Assembly: GCA_963677485.1 (NCBI GenBank)
Contig: OY781964.1
Span: 4,128,001-4,192,000 of the forward strand
Length of the DNA stretch: 64,000 nt
Direction of reading: 5' to 3'
DNA from: Armatimonadota bacterium
GTDB taxonomy: Bacteria > Armatimonadota > HRBIN16
The translations under genes were made by a program, and so were the position numbers. How positions within the stretch are numbered: the stretch's first letter is position 1; each line of letters begins with the position of its first letter. Under the pieces are notes generated by a model. It searched no databases and had not been told where the DNA came from. It was given only the letters and a program-made list of their open reading frames with translations. Shown here piece after piece: positions 38,771 to 48,757 of the stretch.

Positions 38771-39496
38771 CTACATGCGTATCCAAAAATGCTGGCCATT
38801 TGCACTGGCCGGGCATTTGCCGCCGGTGCTGGCATCTGGCACAGTGTCGGTGTGGGCCCAATTCATGCCGGCCCCACAGTTACTGCACCGGTAGAATCCT
38901 GCATATCCGGTTTGAGCATTGGGTGTGTTTGTCTTGTTTTGGGCTTGTAGTTGGTCAATGATCAAACGCTGAGCAGCGATGAGCTGTCGTTGGTCTTCAA
39001 GCTGTTGGCGATATAACGCTAGTTGGTTTTCGTAGTTGTCCCGCATCGTCAGCATCTGCATCCGAAGGTTGGTGTCCTCACCATCGCTTGGTTCATCCAA
39101 TGTATCGCGTTTGTTGAACGAGCGTACATCCGGTGCCGTAGATGTATGGGCACTGCCGTTTGTCGTTGGCCCAGAGGTGTTCGCTGGTGAAGATAGGCCG
39201 CTTGACCCGTATTCGGGTGTTGAAGTGATGTTACCTGATTGGCCGGTATCCGTGGAATATGCATTGGAGTATGCGTTCGATGATGACTTCAGCTTTGCTT
39301 GTCTGTCGTTAGCTGCCCAGATCAAAATCGCTGCGACCAGAATCAACGCGACCATTAATGATGCTACAAAAATCCGCATTTGTCGGAGTTTGCTTTTTTT
39401 TGCATTCACGCCGCCCGCTCGGGGTTCAATCGGCCACAGGTCTTGATCGCTCACGGTGTGCCATCCCTTCGAAGTGCGCCACGGATTGGTTGCCAT
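38771..39496 (-). CDS. Hypothetical membrane-anchored protein with coiled coil and C-terminal CxxC...C...H motif
   Basis: TM helix; Q-rich coil; YRCSNCG...KCPASANGQHFW. Confidence 0.65.
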   Translation of the reverse strand: MATNPWRTSKGWHTVSDQDLWPIEPRAGGVNAKKSKLRQMRIFVASLMVALILVAAILIWAANDRQAKLKSSSNAYSNAYSTDTGQSGNITSTPEYGSSGLSSPANTSGPTTNGSAHTSTAPDVRSFNKRDTLDEPSDGEDTNLRMQMLTMRDNYENQLALYRQQLEDQRQLIAAQRLIIDQLQAQNKTNTPNAQTGYAGFYRCSNCGAGMNWAHTDTVPDASTGGKCPASANGQHFWIRM

Positions 39497-39611
39497 ATTC
39501 TATATCTATTATACTTCAGGCTGCTGAAGCCTGAAGTACCGGATCACACGCATATGATCTCATGGTTTTGAAGTACAATCAGTGCGTATACAACAAAATG
39601 AGGTGCTTGTG

Positions 39612-42239
39612 ATGCACATAAAGATCGCCGCGATGATCAGCATAATAGCCTGTTTGGCGACCCCAGCATTCTCGCAAAAGCTGCTCATGTACACTGCGCG
39701 TGAAGCGCAGGAGGTGCGTGTGTTATCCGATCGGTACATCTGTGTGGTTTGGGACAGCACGGACGCAGTGCAAGCACAACGCCAAAGGTTGTATGGCGGC
39801 CTGTCCGAATACACTGATGCTACTTATTGGAAGCGTATCATGCTGTTGAAGTTCCAAACCATGGCCATATGGAAGCAAACCCGGCCGACGATGTTGAAGC
39901 AGCTTGTAGACCCTGCCAGTTGGTTGGTGAACGGCAAGAGGCCTGAGGGTTGCAGCCTTTGGACACAGAGCGTGGATGCCTACCCCGACCCGCTGAAAGG
40001 TGCCAAGAGCCTGCCGCTGCCACGGATGGTGGAGTATGTATACCTGAGGCTGCCTGAGCTTCGGGGGCAGACCCACCTCGATATCACGGCACCTAACAAG
40101 CAACGACTGAGTGCCGACATCGGCACGCTTCAGAGCAGCTGCTGGAGTATTAAGGTTAACCAGGTGGGGTATCTGCCCGATGCGCAGAAGCTGGCTTACT
40201 TCGGCATGTGGCTGGGTGAAGGCGGAGCGATGCCGGTGGACCATCTGGTTGGCAAGCCATTTGAGATTGTGTCGGAAAAGAGCCATCAGCCGGTCTACCG
40301 CGGCATCATCGCGCTGCGGGCTCGGAATGTGGATGTGAAGCGAGGTGGTCAGCCGCTCACGGGTGAGGATCTGTGTGTGCTGGATTTCAGCAAGCTCATT
40401 CAGCCGGGGGAGTACGCTGTGTTCATTCCTGGGGTGGGCAAGAGCTGGCCATTTCGCATCGGTAATGATGTGTATGGCCTGCCGTTTTACACCAGCATGC
40501 GGGGACTGTACCATCAACGCTGCGGGGTGGCATTGGACCCACAGTTCACCCAGTGGAGCCGTAAGGCTTGCCATACCGAGACATATCAAGCAAAGTTCAT
40601 TCCCGAAGGCAACCGCTACTATGAGAACCCCAACGGGGTGACCGTTGACGGGAAACTCTATGGGTTCACAGACGAGCAGGGCAAGGCTGTGGCGGTCAAC
40701 CCGTTTACGATGGTCTACAGCACCGCCACCGATAAGTTGGTGCCTGGTTTGAAGGGTGGATGGCATGATGCTGCCGACTTCGACCGTCGCTTCTGGCACT
40801 ACGAGGCGGTATGGGATCTTTGCGGAGCTTATGAGATGTATCCCAGGAAGTTCCGCGACGGGCAGTTGCAGATACCTGAGTCGGAGAATGGCATTCCTGA
40901 CATTTTAGATGAGGCGATGGTCGGTATCGATGTCTGGGCGAAAACGCAGACCCCTGAGGGTGGGGTCGCTGGCTGGATTGAGCAGACCTCGCATCCCCTG
41001 AATACGGGCACCGCGGATATAGACAAAGGCCGGTTCTATTGTGCGATGCCAGACCGCGCCAGCAGCTACGCCTTCGCGGCGGCGGCCTCTCAGATGAGTC
41101 GGCTGCTGATGCCGTTTGATGCGAAGAAGGCCAAACTGTATCTACAGCAGGCCAGGAAGGCTTACACTTGGGCGAGTGATGATGACAACCGTATCACTAT
41201 GCAGTTCAAGGTGCCGGAAGGTTCCCGGCAGCCAAACCTGACAGGAAAGACGATCAAGTTCGAAGAACCCGCGAAAATCCAGGGTATGGGGCCGATATTC
41301 CGGCTGATGGCCTCGCTGCAGTTAGCCGCCACGACAGGGGAGGGCAGTTACCTGCAACGGTTCCGGGACGAGGGGGGAGCTCAGCAGATGGTGCAGTGGC
41401 TGCCCGATGAGATACCCCACTTCGCCTTTGTCACTGCCCTCTGCAGCGACCTACTCACATCAGCAGAGAAGCAGTTGATACAGACCGCCGTGTTGAAGGA
41501 AGCCGATTTGTTTGTGGAGGGCAGCCGCAGCCTGCCGTATCACAACCTGTGGAGGCCGATCGACCACCCGTATTTCCAGAACATGGGCTGGGGTATGGGC
41601 TCATCGGCTTACAGAGCTAGACTTCAGATACTGGCTTACCGAGTGACCGGGCAGCCGAAATACCGCGAAGCCGCCCTGAATGGTGCGAACTGGGAGCTGG
41701 GGGCCAATGAGCTGGGCCGGAGTCTGGAGACCGGGCTGGGCAGCGTGTTTCCGGTGGTGCTGCAGCATATCGACAGTGAGTGCGACGGGATTGATGAACC
41801 TGTGCCAGGGATATCGCCATTTACGCTGACTTACGGCATGAGTGCCAGCTCGTGGTGGTACCAATATAGCTTGATGGAGAAGGCACATCCCGATTCCACT
41901 ACGTTCTATGATGAAACCCCGATGGTGGTGCTGCCGGCGCTCAGCGCGAAGACAGACATCAACAAACGCCTGGCGGCCTTGCCGCGTGTCGGCAACTGGA
42001 TGTGGGATGCTGTGGCATTGGTGCGTCCGCTGATTGAGCCGATGTATCCCATCATGCGGCGGATGTTCATCCATCCCAGCCTCGAACCTGCCCAGAACGA
42101 ATTCACCTCGTGGGAGAGCATCGCTCCGCACGCCGCTGTGTATGGCTGCTTGATGCAGGACGGATGGCTTCCCGCGAAGGAGCTGAGCACGCGCAAACCA
42201 CGCACCAAAGCGCAGATGGTGTATTACCCGCAGCCGTAG
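39612..42239 (+). CDS. Secreted GH9-like glycoside hydrolase with N-terminal Ig-like domain
   Basis: IKVNQVGYLP, DFS....PG.Y, YHQRCG, GGWHDAAD, NG.PDILDE, LG.N, C-terminal NE. Confidence 0.85.
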   Translation: MHIKIAAMISIIACLATPAFSQKLLMYTAREAQEVRVLSDRYICVVWDSTDAVQAQRQRLYGGLSEYTDATYWKRIMLLKFQTMAIWKQTRPTMLKQLVDPASWLVNGKRPEGCSLWTQSVDAYPDPLKGAKSLPLPRMVEYVYLRLPELRGQTHLDITAPNKQRLSADIGTLQSSCWSIKVNQVGYLPDAQKLAYFGMWLGEGGAMPVDHLVGKPFEIVSEKSHQPVYRGIIALRARNVDVKRGGQPLTGEDLCVLDFSKLIQPGEYAVFIPGVGKSWPFRIGNDVYGLPFYTSMRGLYHQRCGVALDPQFTQWSRKACHTETYQAKFIPEGNRYYENPNGVTVDGKLYGFTDEQGKAVAVNPFTMVYSTATDKLVPGLKGGWHDAADFDRRFWHYEAVWDLCGAYEMYPRKFRDGQLQIPESENGIPDILDEAMVGIDVWAKTQTPEGGVAGWIEQTSHPLNTGTADIDKGRFYCAMPDRASSYAFAAAASQMSRLLMPFDAKKAKLYLQQARKAYTWASDDDNRITMQFKVPEGSRQPNLTGKTIKFEEPAKIQGMGPIFRLMASLQLAATTGEGSYLQRFRDEGGAQQMVQWLPDEIPHFAFVTALCSDLLTSAEKQLIQTAVLKEADLFVEGSRSLPYHNLWRPIDHPYFQNMGWGMGSSAYRARLQILAYRVTGQPKYREAALNGANWELGANELGRSLETGLGSVFPVVLQHIDSECDGIDEPVPGISPFTLTYGMSASSWWYQYSLMEKAHPDSTTFYDETPMVVLPALSAKTDINKRLAALPRVGNWMWDAVALVRPLIEPMYPIMRRMFIHPSLEPAQNEFTSWESIAPHAAVYGCLMQDGWLPAKELSTRKPRTKAQMVYYPQP

Positions 42240-42277
42240 AATTGACCAGATGATTCGAGATAAATAAGGGGTTCCCA

Positions 42278-44914
42278 ATGAGCGAGATTGATAACGTACA
42301 GAACCTGTATTCGCATCGAGAGGAGCATGAAGCCTCCTCTTCAACCAGTTTTTCGGAGCTGGCCAGGGAGTTACGCGAATACGACGGTATCGTGGTCGGA
42401 GTGCTATGTGACCCGGTCTATGCAGACCATGAGACCCCATCGGAGCTTCGGTTCGAGCACATCGCCGCGAGTTGGGGGAGTTATCCGGGAGTGCGTGTGG
42501 TTGCGCTGGACGCGAACCAAATCCGTTCATACGAAATACTGTTCAATGGGAAGATGGATATCCTGGTGTTCCCATATGGCGGGGTCTACCCGATGGATGC
42601 TTTTGGGCTCTATTCTGGACTGACGTTCCAGCAGTATCTCAAACGGGGTGGTGCGGTGTTGACCACCGGCGGGATACCCTTCTCAAAGCAGGCGAGTCCG
42701 TTCGGACAGTTCATCGACACCAGTAGCACACAAGCGAAGCAAGACGTCTTCGATAAATGGATCGCGAAATTCGGTGTTAAGTATTACGAGCCACGAGTGG
42801 CTCCAATGCAAGAGCGGGTTGACAGTACATTCCTACCGGGAATGCCTGCAGCAAATGCCTGGGAGCCAGCACGTTCGGGATTGGTGGTAGTCAACAGCTC
42901 GCATGACCCAGAACCAAAACCTCCACACGGCAATGTGTTCCCGGAACGGTATCCAGCCCGGCAGATCATCCCGTTGATGACCGGCTTTGACTCTTTCGGT
43001 CAGCAGGTCTGCACCTCTGCGATCCTCTCGCAGGATTTCGAGGATGGCAGCAGGCGCATCCATTTCACCCACGAGTCCGATGCCCATCCGCTGTCGCCGG
43101 ACAGCCCGCATTTTGACGCCCTCATGCGCGATCTGTTCAGGTTGTTAGCCAACCGCATTGTGGTGCGTGAGATCGAAACGGAGTATGCATGCTACCATCC
43201 GGGTGAGGCGGTGCGGATTCGTGCAGAGCTGGTCGGCTTCGAGCCGCACCCGGTCGAGGTACGGTTGAGCGTCAAGCTGCTTGATTCAACAGGCCATATG
43301 GTCATGCAGTGGAGTGAAGATGCGGTCATTCCGCTGGCTGACGTTCTCAACCTGGAGTGGGTATGGCAGCCTGAAGGGTTCGCAGATGACGAATACACAG
43401 TGCAGATCGATGTGATTCGCGATGGCCAGAGTGTGTCGCGGGCAAGCAATGGTTTTGTGGTCAGGAACGAAGAAGTGGTCAGCAAGGGCCCCGCGATCGG
43501 CATCTCAAAAGGGTATTTCACGATCAATGGGCGTGGAGCCTTTATCACTGGCACCAACTACTACGAATCGACCCGCGGCGAGGCGATGTGGTACCGCCCT
43601 GATGTGGCGCGGTTGATACATGACCATCGCTCAATGCACGCCTGCGGTGTGAACATGATCCGGCCTCATTACCACCATCTGAAGTGGTTCAAGGACTATT
43701 TGCTGCATCACCACGGACGGCTTTTCTCGTTCTACAAGTCGTTGGAGAGCCTGGAGAACGCCATGCCCGATGAGCGGGTGTGGCGTATCTGGGAGCTGTT
43801 CATCGGCCTTGGGCAGAAATACGGCATCGTGTATAACGGTGACCTATTTACCCTGGTGCCGGAGGAACTGGGCGACCCGAGGGGCTGGTTCGGCACCACT
43901 GAGGCGGTTTATGACCATGCCAAGCGTCCCGCCCAGAATCAGTTCCTGCTGGAGCTGGATCGTCGCTTCCGCAATGTACCAGGCATCAGCTGGGACCTGT
44001 TCAACGAGCCATACCAGGTGACCGATGAAGCGGTGGCCGACTGGGCTGAGTTTCTGGGGAGTGCGTTACACAACGACGGCTCATCGCGACTGTTGACCGT
44101 CGGCGGTCCGATGCATCTGCCGGCTGGGGTCGACTACGACTGTCCGCATGGCGGGATATCAGACGACTTCAAGCCGCCATCGGAGCGGCCCGTTCTGCTG
44201 CAGGAAGCGCATTTCGACAGGCCAGAGCAGTTGTCTGACGAACTGGCTCAAGCGGAGGCGTTTCGGCGGATGGTGGTGAGTTGCGTGCGGAATGGCGTGG
44301 CGGGCTGGTGCCCGTGGTCATGGACACGCCAGATGCGGTTGTGGCAGGACGTCTACCAGCACCACCACAGCTTCCCGATGGAGAAGTGGGATGACCGGCT
44401 GGGGATGCACACCCATGAGGATGGCACCCTGAAACCAGCCGGGCAGGTATTTAAAGACATCGCGATGCTGATGAGATCGGTGGAGCCGCAGAGGTATGAC
44501 GGGGATACGCTGACAGTCGTGACCTCACGCGGAACTCTGCGTGCTCGTTTGGACAAGGATACCTGCCAACCGAGCCAGCAGATCATACATTCCCATGGCG
44601 ATCAGTGCCTGGGCGGTATGGCGATGGGTGCGCTCACCCATGCAGGGCGGAACTGGCTGACCGGGCCTGATTCATCGTATTTGTATGCCTTCACGAATAC
44701 CGGCGATCTGACAAGCAGCGAGGAGCTGTTCATCAAAAGCGAACAGCCGGGTACGATCTGCTTCGACCGCCCCGGCTGTGTTTCTATTGATTTGGTCGAC
44801 CTCGCCCCTGATGCAAGACAACTGACCGTGGTTTCCTTGCAGACAAAGGCTCAGGCGACCGTGATCAACGTCTCGCCTGAAATGACTCGCTACTGGCTGC
44901 GGTTGCGGTTTTGA
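42278..44914 (+). CDS. Putative clan GH-A (GH2/GH5-like) glycoside hydrolase
   Basis: F.I.G....ITGTNY, G.N.IR, WDLFNEP acid/base motif, PVLLQE nucleophile-like motif. Confidence 0.65.
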   Translation: MSEIDNVQNLYSHREEHEASSSTSFSELARELREYDGIVVGVLCDPVYADHETPSELRFEHIAASWGSYPGVRVVALDANQIRSYEILFNGKMDILVFPYGGVYPMDAFGLYSGLTFQQYLKRGGAVLTTGGIPFSKQASPFGQFIDTSSTQAKQDVFDKWIAKFGVKYYEPRVAPMQERVDSTFLPGMPAANAWEPARSGLVVVNSSHDPEPKPPHGNVFPERYPARQIIPLMTGFDSFGQQVCTSAILSQDFEDGSRRIHFTHESDAHPLSPDSPHFDALMRDLFRLLANRIVVREIETEYACYHPGEAVRIRAELVGFEPHPVEVRLSVKLLDSTGHMVMQWSEDAVIPLADVLNLEWVWQPEGFADDEYTVQIDVIRDGQSVSRASNGFVVRNEEVVSKGPAIGISKGYFTINGRGAFITGTNYYESTRGEAMWYRPDVARLIHDHRSMHACGVNMIRPHYHHLKWFKDYLLHHHGRLFSFYKSLESLENAMPDERVWRIWELFIGLGQKYGIVYNGDLFTLVPEELGDPRGWFGTTEAVYDHAKRPAQNQFLLELDRRFRNVPGISWDLFNEPYQVTDEAVADWAEFLGSALHNDGSSRLLTVGGPMHLPAGVDYDCPHGGISDDFKPPSERPVLLQEAHFDRPEQLSDELAQAEAFRRMVVSCVRNGVAGWCPWSWTRQMRLWQDVYQHHHSFPMEKWDDRLGMHTHEDGTLKPAGQVFKDIAMLMRSVEPQRYDGDTLTVVTSRGTLRARLDKDTCQPSQQIIHSHGDQCLGGMAMGALTHAGRNWLTGPDSSYLYAFTNTGDLTSSEELFIKSEQPGTICFDRPGCVSIDLVDLAPDARQLTVVSLQTKAQATVINVSPEMTRYWLRLRF

Positions 44915-44954
44915 TAGTGACCACACCCTAAGCATCGCAGGCAGTAAGGCTGTT

Positions 44955-45563
44955 TTAGCTGGTGGAACTTGACTTTCGGCCGAGTGCCAAATAAAACTCG
45001 GGTTCGTCCGTGACCGCAATGTCGCTAAATCCAGCCTGTGTGAGCATCGTACGAATGGTGTCTGCATCCGGAACCTGGTCCTCGGCGACTACTGGACCAG
45101 CTTCGCGATGCACCTTGTTGACAGCCTCCCGGCCGGTGGGGTGTGAGATCACAATCAGACCACCCGGTTTCAGCATAACGAGTATGCGTGATAGTACCTT
45201 GGGCTTGTCGCAGAAGTGAGGGAAAACCGCGTTGCAGATCACTCTATCGTAATACACCTCACCACAATCATATTCCTCAATGTCTGCAAGTAGCAGTTGG
45301 ACATTCCCAGGAAGCCCCTTGGATTGGGCGACTCGGAGCATGCCGGGCGAGATATCTATGGCGATGATGCTTCCTTCGCCGTTCATGGACTGAAGCAGGC
45401 ACGGTATCATCACACCAGTCCCAGTCCCCACATCAAGGATGGTCATTCCGGGTGTGATGCCGGCTTCGGCCACGACACGCGCCAATAACTGGCAGATGTC
45501 ATCTCGCTCCATGCTATCCCATCTATCGGCATAAGAATCGAAAAATTCAACTTGATTGTTCAT
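44955..45563 (-). CDS. Class I SAM-dependent methyltransferase
   Basis: FFD..A..WD, ILDVGTGTG, DIS..ML, VFPHF, LKPGG. Confidence 0.9.
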   Translation of the reverse strand: MNNQVEFFDSYADRWDSMERDDICQLLARVVAEAGITPGMTILDVGTGTGVMIPCLLQSMNGEGSIIAIDISPGMLRVAQSKGLPGNVQLLLADIEEYDCGEVYYDRVICNAVFPHFCDKPKVLSRILVMLKPGGLIVISHPTGREAVNKVHREAGPVVAEDQVPDADTIRTMLTQAGFSDIAVTDEPEFYLALGRKSSSTS

Positions 45564-46395
45564 GATGTACCTTTGTTGGCTGTTGTTTGGTTGTGCGTCT
45601 TTTAGGCGAAAAGGTGTTCGCTATAATGAAGAGAACACAAGACACGAGGATGATGAGGGCTCCTGTGGGCAGGTTGAAGTGCCAGGAGAGCGCCAGCCCT
45701 ATCCAACCCGAGGCGACCCCAAACACCGCTGCGATGATAAACATCTTCCTTAGGCTGTAGGTTAGCTGGTAGGCCGCTGCGGCAGGGTTGACGATCAGGC
45801 TGAACACCAGCAACCCGCCGATGGCATTCAGGGACGCTGTCGTGGTCAGTCCGCTCAGAATCAAAATGCCGTAGAAGATACCGGTTGCCGGTAACCCTAA
45901 AGACTTCGCCAAATCCCTGTTGAAGATGACGGTTTGAATCTCTTTGAAGAACAGAAATATGACCAGTCCAGCTCCCATGGCGATCGCCGCGAGCAGATAG
46001 AGGTTGGCAGTATTGACGGTGAGCACACTGCCCCAAAGCAGACTCAGCGCCTCCGTTTTGGGCCCTGGTATCAGCGAGAGCAGCAGGAATGATACCCCCA
46101 TGGCCGATGAAAAGACGATGCCGATGGCTGTGTCAGGCGAAAAATCACCGCGATCCGCTAACGGCCCAAGAGCGCCCGCAGCGACCAGACTCATCAAAAT
46201 GGCACACCACATCGGGTTCACACCCAGAACCAGCCCCAGCAGAGCCCCGGCAAATGCCGCATGGCTCATGCACACACCCAGGAATGAAATCCGCATGGTG
46301 ACAACCATGACACCGATCAACGAGCACGCGATACCCGCACAAAGCGTGGCCAGCAGTGCTCGCTGCAGGAATGGGTCTTGAAGGATGTCAAACAT
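45547..46395 (-). CDS. Zn/Mn ABC transporter permease (ZnuB-like)
   Basis: FLQRAL, MSHAAFAG, DTAIGI, LLWGS, P.AAA; start ATG 46395. Confidence 0.9.
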   Translation of the reverse strand: MFDILQDPFLQRALLATLCAGIACSLIGVMVVTMRISFLGVCMSHAAFAGALLGLVLGVNPMWCAILMSLVAAGALGPLADRGDFSPDTAIGIVFSSAMGVSFLLLSLIPGPKTEALSLLWGSVLTVNTANLYLLAAIAMGAGLVIFLFFKEIQTVIFNRDLAKSLGLPATGIFYGILILSGLTTTASLNAIGGLLVFSLIVNPAAAAYQLTYSLRKMFIIAAVFGVASGWIGLALSWHFNLPTGALIILVSCVLFIIANTFSPKRRTTKQQPTKVHHEQSS

Positions 46396-47089
46396 CAGCA
46401 AACACCCCAGACGACACGACATCGGTCACACGCCCGCTCTTCATCATCACGATCGTCTCGCAGATGCCGGAAAGCATATCGGCGTCATGTGACACCACAA
46501 TGGTCGTCAGACCCATCTCGGAATGCACTGTCCTGACGATCTCCCTTACTCTTTGCTGTGACTCGGTGTCCAGAAATGTGGTGGGTTCATCAAGCAGCAG
46601 TAGCTCTAGCTCTTGAGCGAGGGCTCGGGCGAGGTGGATACGCTGCTGCTCACCACCCGACAACTGCCCAAATGGCCGTTCCGCAAGGTGTTGAGCATCG
46701 ACGCGGCGCAGTGCCTCATCGACCTTCTCTATGTCCATAGGTTTCGGACGATGGAATAGCCCCAGCCTTCCATATCTGCCCATCATCACCACCTCACCGG
46801 CGGAGACGGGCATGCGAGGGTCGACATTAGACGTCTGAAATACACAAGCCGTCCGACGGCGGATATCTCTGTAGTTAGGCACCACAAGCTCAAGCCCCAG
46901 GATGCTGGCTGTCCCTGAACTGATCGTCAACAGTCCTTGAATCACCCGAAGAATGGTGGTTTTCCCAGAACCGTTTGGTCCCGAGATACCCACAATGCTA
47001 CCCGTAGGGATATCAAGAGTGATGTTTCTGAGGATGATGTGATCTTGATAGCCCGCATCAACTCCATTTAGTTTCACAGAACAGCTCAA
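46388..47089 (-). CDS. Zn/Mn ABC transporter ATPase (ZnuC-like)
   Basis: GPNGSGKTT, VVMMGRY, LSGGEQQR, LLDEP, VSHD. Confidence 0.9.
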   Translation of the reverse strand: MSCSVKLNGVDAGYQDHIILRNITLDIPTGSIVGISGPNGSGKTTILRVIQGLLTISSGTASILGLELVVPNYRDIRRRTACVFQTSNVDPRMPVSAGEVVMMGRYGRLGLFHRPKPMDIEKVDEALRRVDAQHLAERPFGQLSGGEQQRIHLARALAQELELLLLDEPTTFLDTESQQRVREIVRTVHSEMGLTTIVVSHDADMLSGICETIVMMKSGRVTDVVSSGVFADV

Positions 47090-47222
47090 CCTGCGTTACC
47101 TCCAATAAAAGGTCGATCTATCTTTCGGCGGGCGGATATCTGACTTGGCGGTTCCGTCACCATCCAAATGGTATCGGCTGGAACGATCATGAGCTTTAAC
47201 CTGATGGCTGTAGGCTGTGGCA

Positions 47223-48083
47223 TCATTTGCGGGATATGCCTTTAATTACCCGCGACACGTTGTCTGTGAGACATTCGCTCCATTTGCTGGTGCCCGAATA
47301 CCCGCCTGGGAAATTGGATAACGCAACCTGCGCGGCACCAATGTCCTTAGCGATCTCTTTGCCTGCAGTGGGACTGCTTTGCAGATTGTCGATGCACAAC
47401 TTGACGTGGTTTTTTCGGCCGATCTTAGTGAGCTGATGTAACAGGGCGGGTGTGAACTCCTCGGCCCTGGCATAGGTGCCCACCACGACGCAGCCCATCC
47501 ACATGGCGAACTCCACCTGTTGGTCTGAGCAGAGTATCCGGTTTCCCGGTACACCCGATTTCTTCAGCCTGGCCTTCAATACCGTGCTTAAAGCCTGATA
47601 TTTCCGACTCTGGCTGGCAAATGATTTGCGATAATCGGCAGCATGCGATGGATCCATGGCACAGAGTTCGTTGGTGACCAGTTTCAATGCGCCGATATAG
47701 ACAGTAGGGATCATCCAGTTTCCGGATGTCTTGATGGCGACGAGTTTGGGTTTGCGGGAACCAAGCGAACTCATGATTTTCGGCACAAACTCCTCATACC
47801 CATGCGTAAACACCGCTTTTGATGTAGAAAGGGTGTGCAAGTCTCTTGGCGAGATATCAAAATGTCCAGGGCAACTGCCTGGCGCGACCAGGGTGGTCAC
47901 CTTGACATGGGAGCCGCCCACATCCTGCACTGCACACTGCAACAGCGAAGTGGTGGTGACTATTGGCATGGGTGCTGTCGATGTGCGGGCATAGAGCGCT
48001 GTTGTCATCATCAACAACAGCACGATAACCGCAATCCCTCTCGTTGTTTTTGAGTCGATTAGGTTCAACTTCTCGTGATTCAA
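47223..48083 (-). CDS. Metal ABC transporter substrate-binding protein (ZnuA/TroA-like)
   Basis: IVTTTS.L...VQDVGG..V.V.TLV.PG.CPGH.D; position in the znu-like operon. Confidence 0.8.
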   Translation of the reverse strand: MNHEKLNLIDSKTTRGIAVIVLLLMMTTALYARTSTAPMPIVTTTSLLQCAVQDVGGSHVKVTTLVAPGSCPGHFDISPRDLHTLSTSKAVFTHGYEEFVPKIMSSLGSRKPKLVAIKTSGNWMIPTVYIGALKLVTNELCAMDPSHAADYRKSFASQSRKYQALSTVLKARLKKSGVPGNRILCSDQQVEFAMWMGCVVVGTYARAEEFTPALLHQLTKIGRKNHVKLCIDNLQSSPTAGKEIAKDIGAAQVALSNFPGGYSGTSKWSECLTDNVSRVIKGISRK

Positions 48084-48151
48084 TTCGCGTAATCCCTTCA
48101 GAATCAGATTGGCCTGTGACTGTTGCAGTCAGTGACTGTCACAGACAGTGT

Positions 48152-48754
48152 TTACGGTGAAGACTTCCCGTCGTGAATTCGCACGATAATGCCATTTGGA
48201 TCGTACGGGTACCAGTGGTTTTTGGCCATGGGGAGCATCCATTGGTCAGCCGTGAATACATCAACCTGTTTACCTGGCCCCTGGCTCCATGCTACCCACT
48301 TTACAGGGCTTGTCAGCGGGTCAAAAAAGAGCTGCATCTCTTTGGTGCTTTCTGGGTAGTCCTCTGGCGCCCATAAGCCAAGGTAGGTCTTGACCCCGTT
48401 TGACCAGCCCAGGCCTGGGGCTGAGTATTTATATGCGTGACCAGGGCTGAACGGGTCGGCAAACTTCTTGATGGATATATACCCTGAGGAATGAAGCTCG
48501 GGGGGAAGCTCATTGAAATCCTCCAGTTTATCGGACATCCCATGGCAAAACGTGCGTGCCATGGGAAATGCTTCGTAGTCGTCATAATACATCTGCAGCG
48601 CGAAGCCGATTTGCCGAAGGTCACTGTGCACACGGGTGATGAGGGCCTTCTGCTTTGCTGCCGCGAAAACGGGGAATAGCAGTGCTGCCAGTATAGCTAT
48701 GATGGCGATGACTACCAATAGCTCGATAATTGTGAAGGCCCTGCATCTCATCAT
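48152..48754 (-). CDS. Prepilin-type N-terminal cleavage/methylation protein
   Basis: [25 protein letters not shown]; DPF, WS.GP and YDP.NG motifs; no H-X9-DG motif. Confidence 0.85.
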   Translation of the reverse strand: MMRCRAFTIIELLVVIAIIAILAALLFPVFAAAKQKALITRVHSDLRQIGFALQMYYDDYEAFPMARTFCHGMSDKLEDFNELPPELHSSGYISIKKFADPFSPGHAYKYSAPGLGWSNGVKTYLGLWAPEDYPESTKEMQLFFDPLTSPVKWVAWSQGPGKQVDVFTADQWMLPMAKNHWYPYDPNGIIVRIHDGKSSP

Positions 48755-48757
48755 ATT

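Noticed and set aside
39723-42530. Long minus-strand ORFs (358 aa and 309 aa)
   Set aside because: They are antisense shadows of the GC-rich GH9-like gene with no recognisable motifs.
48114-48144. CTGTGAC...GTCACAG palindrome between the pilin-like and ZnuA-like genes
   Set aside because: It is short, single-copy and has no supporting context, so I cannot distinguish it from chance.
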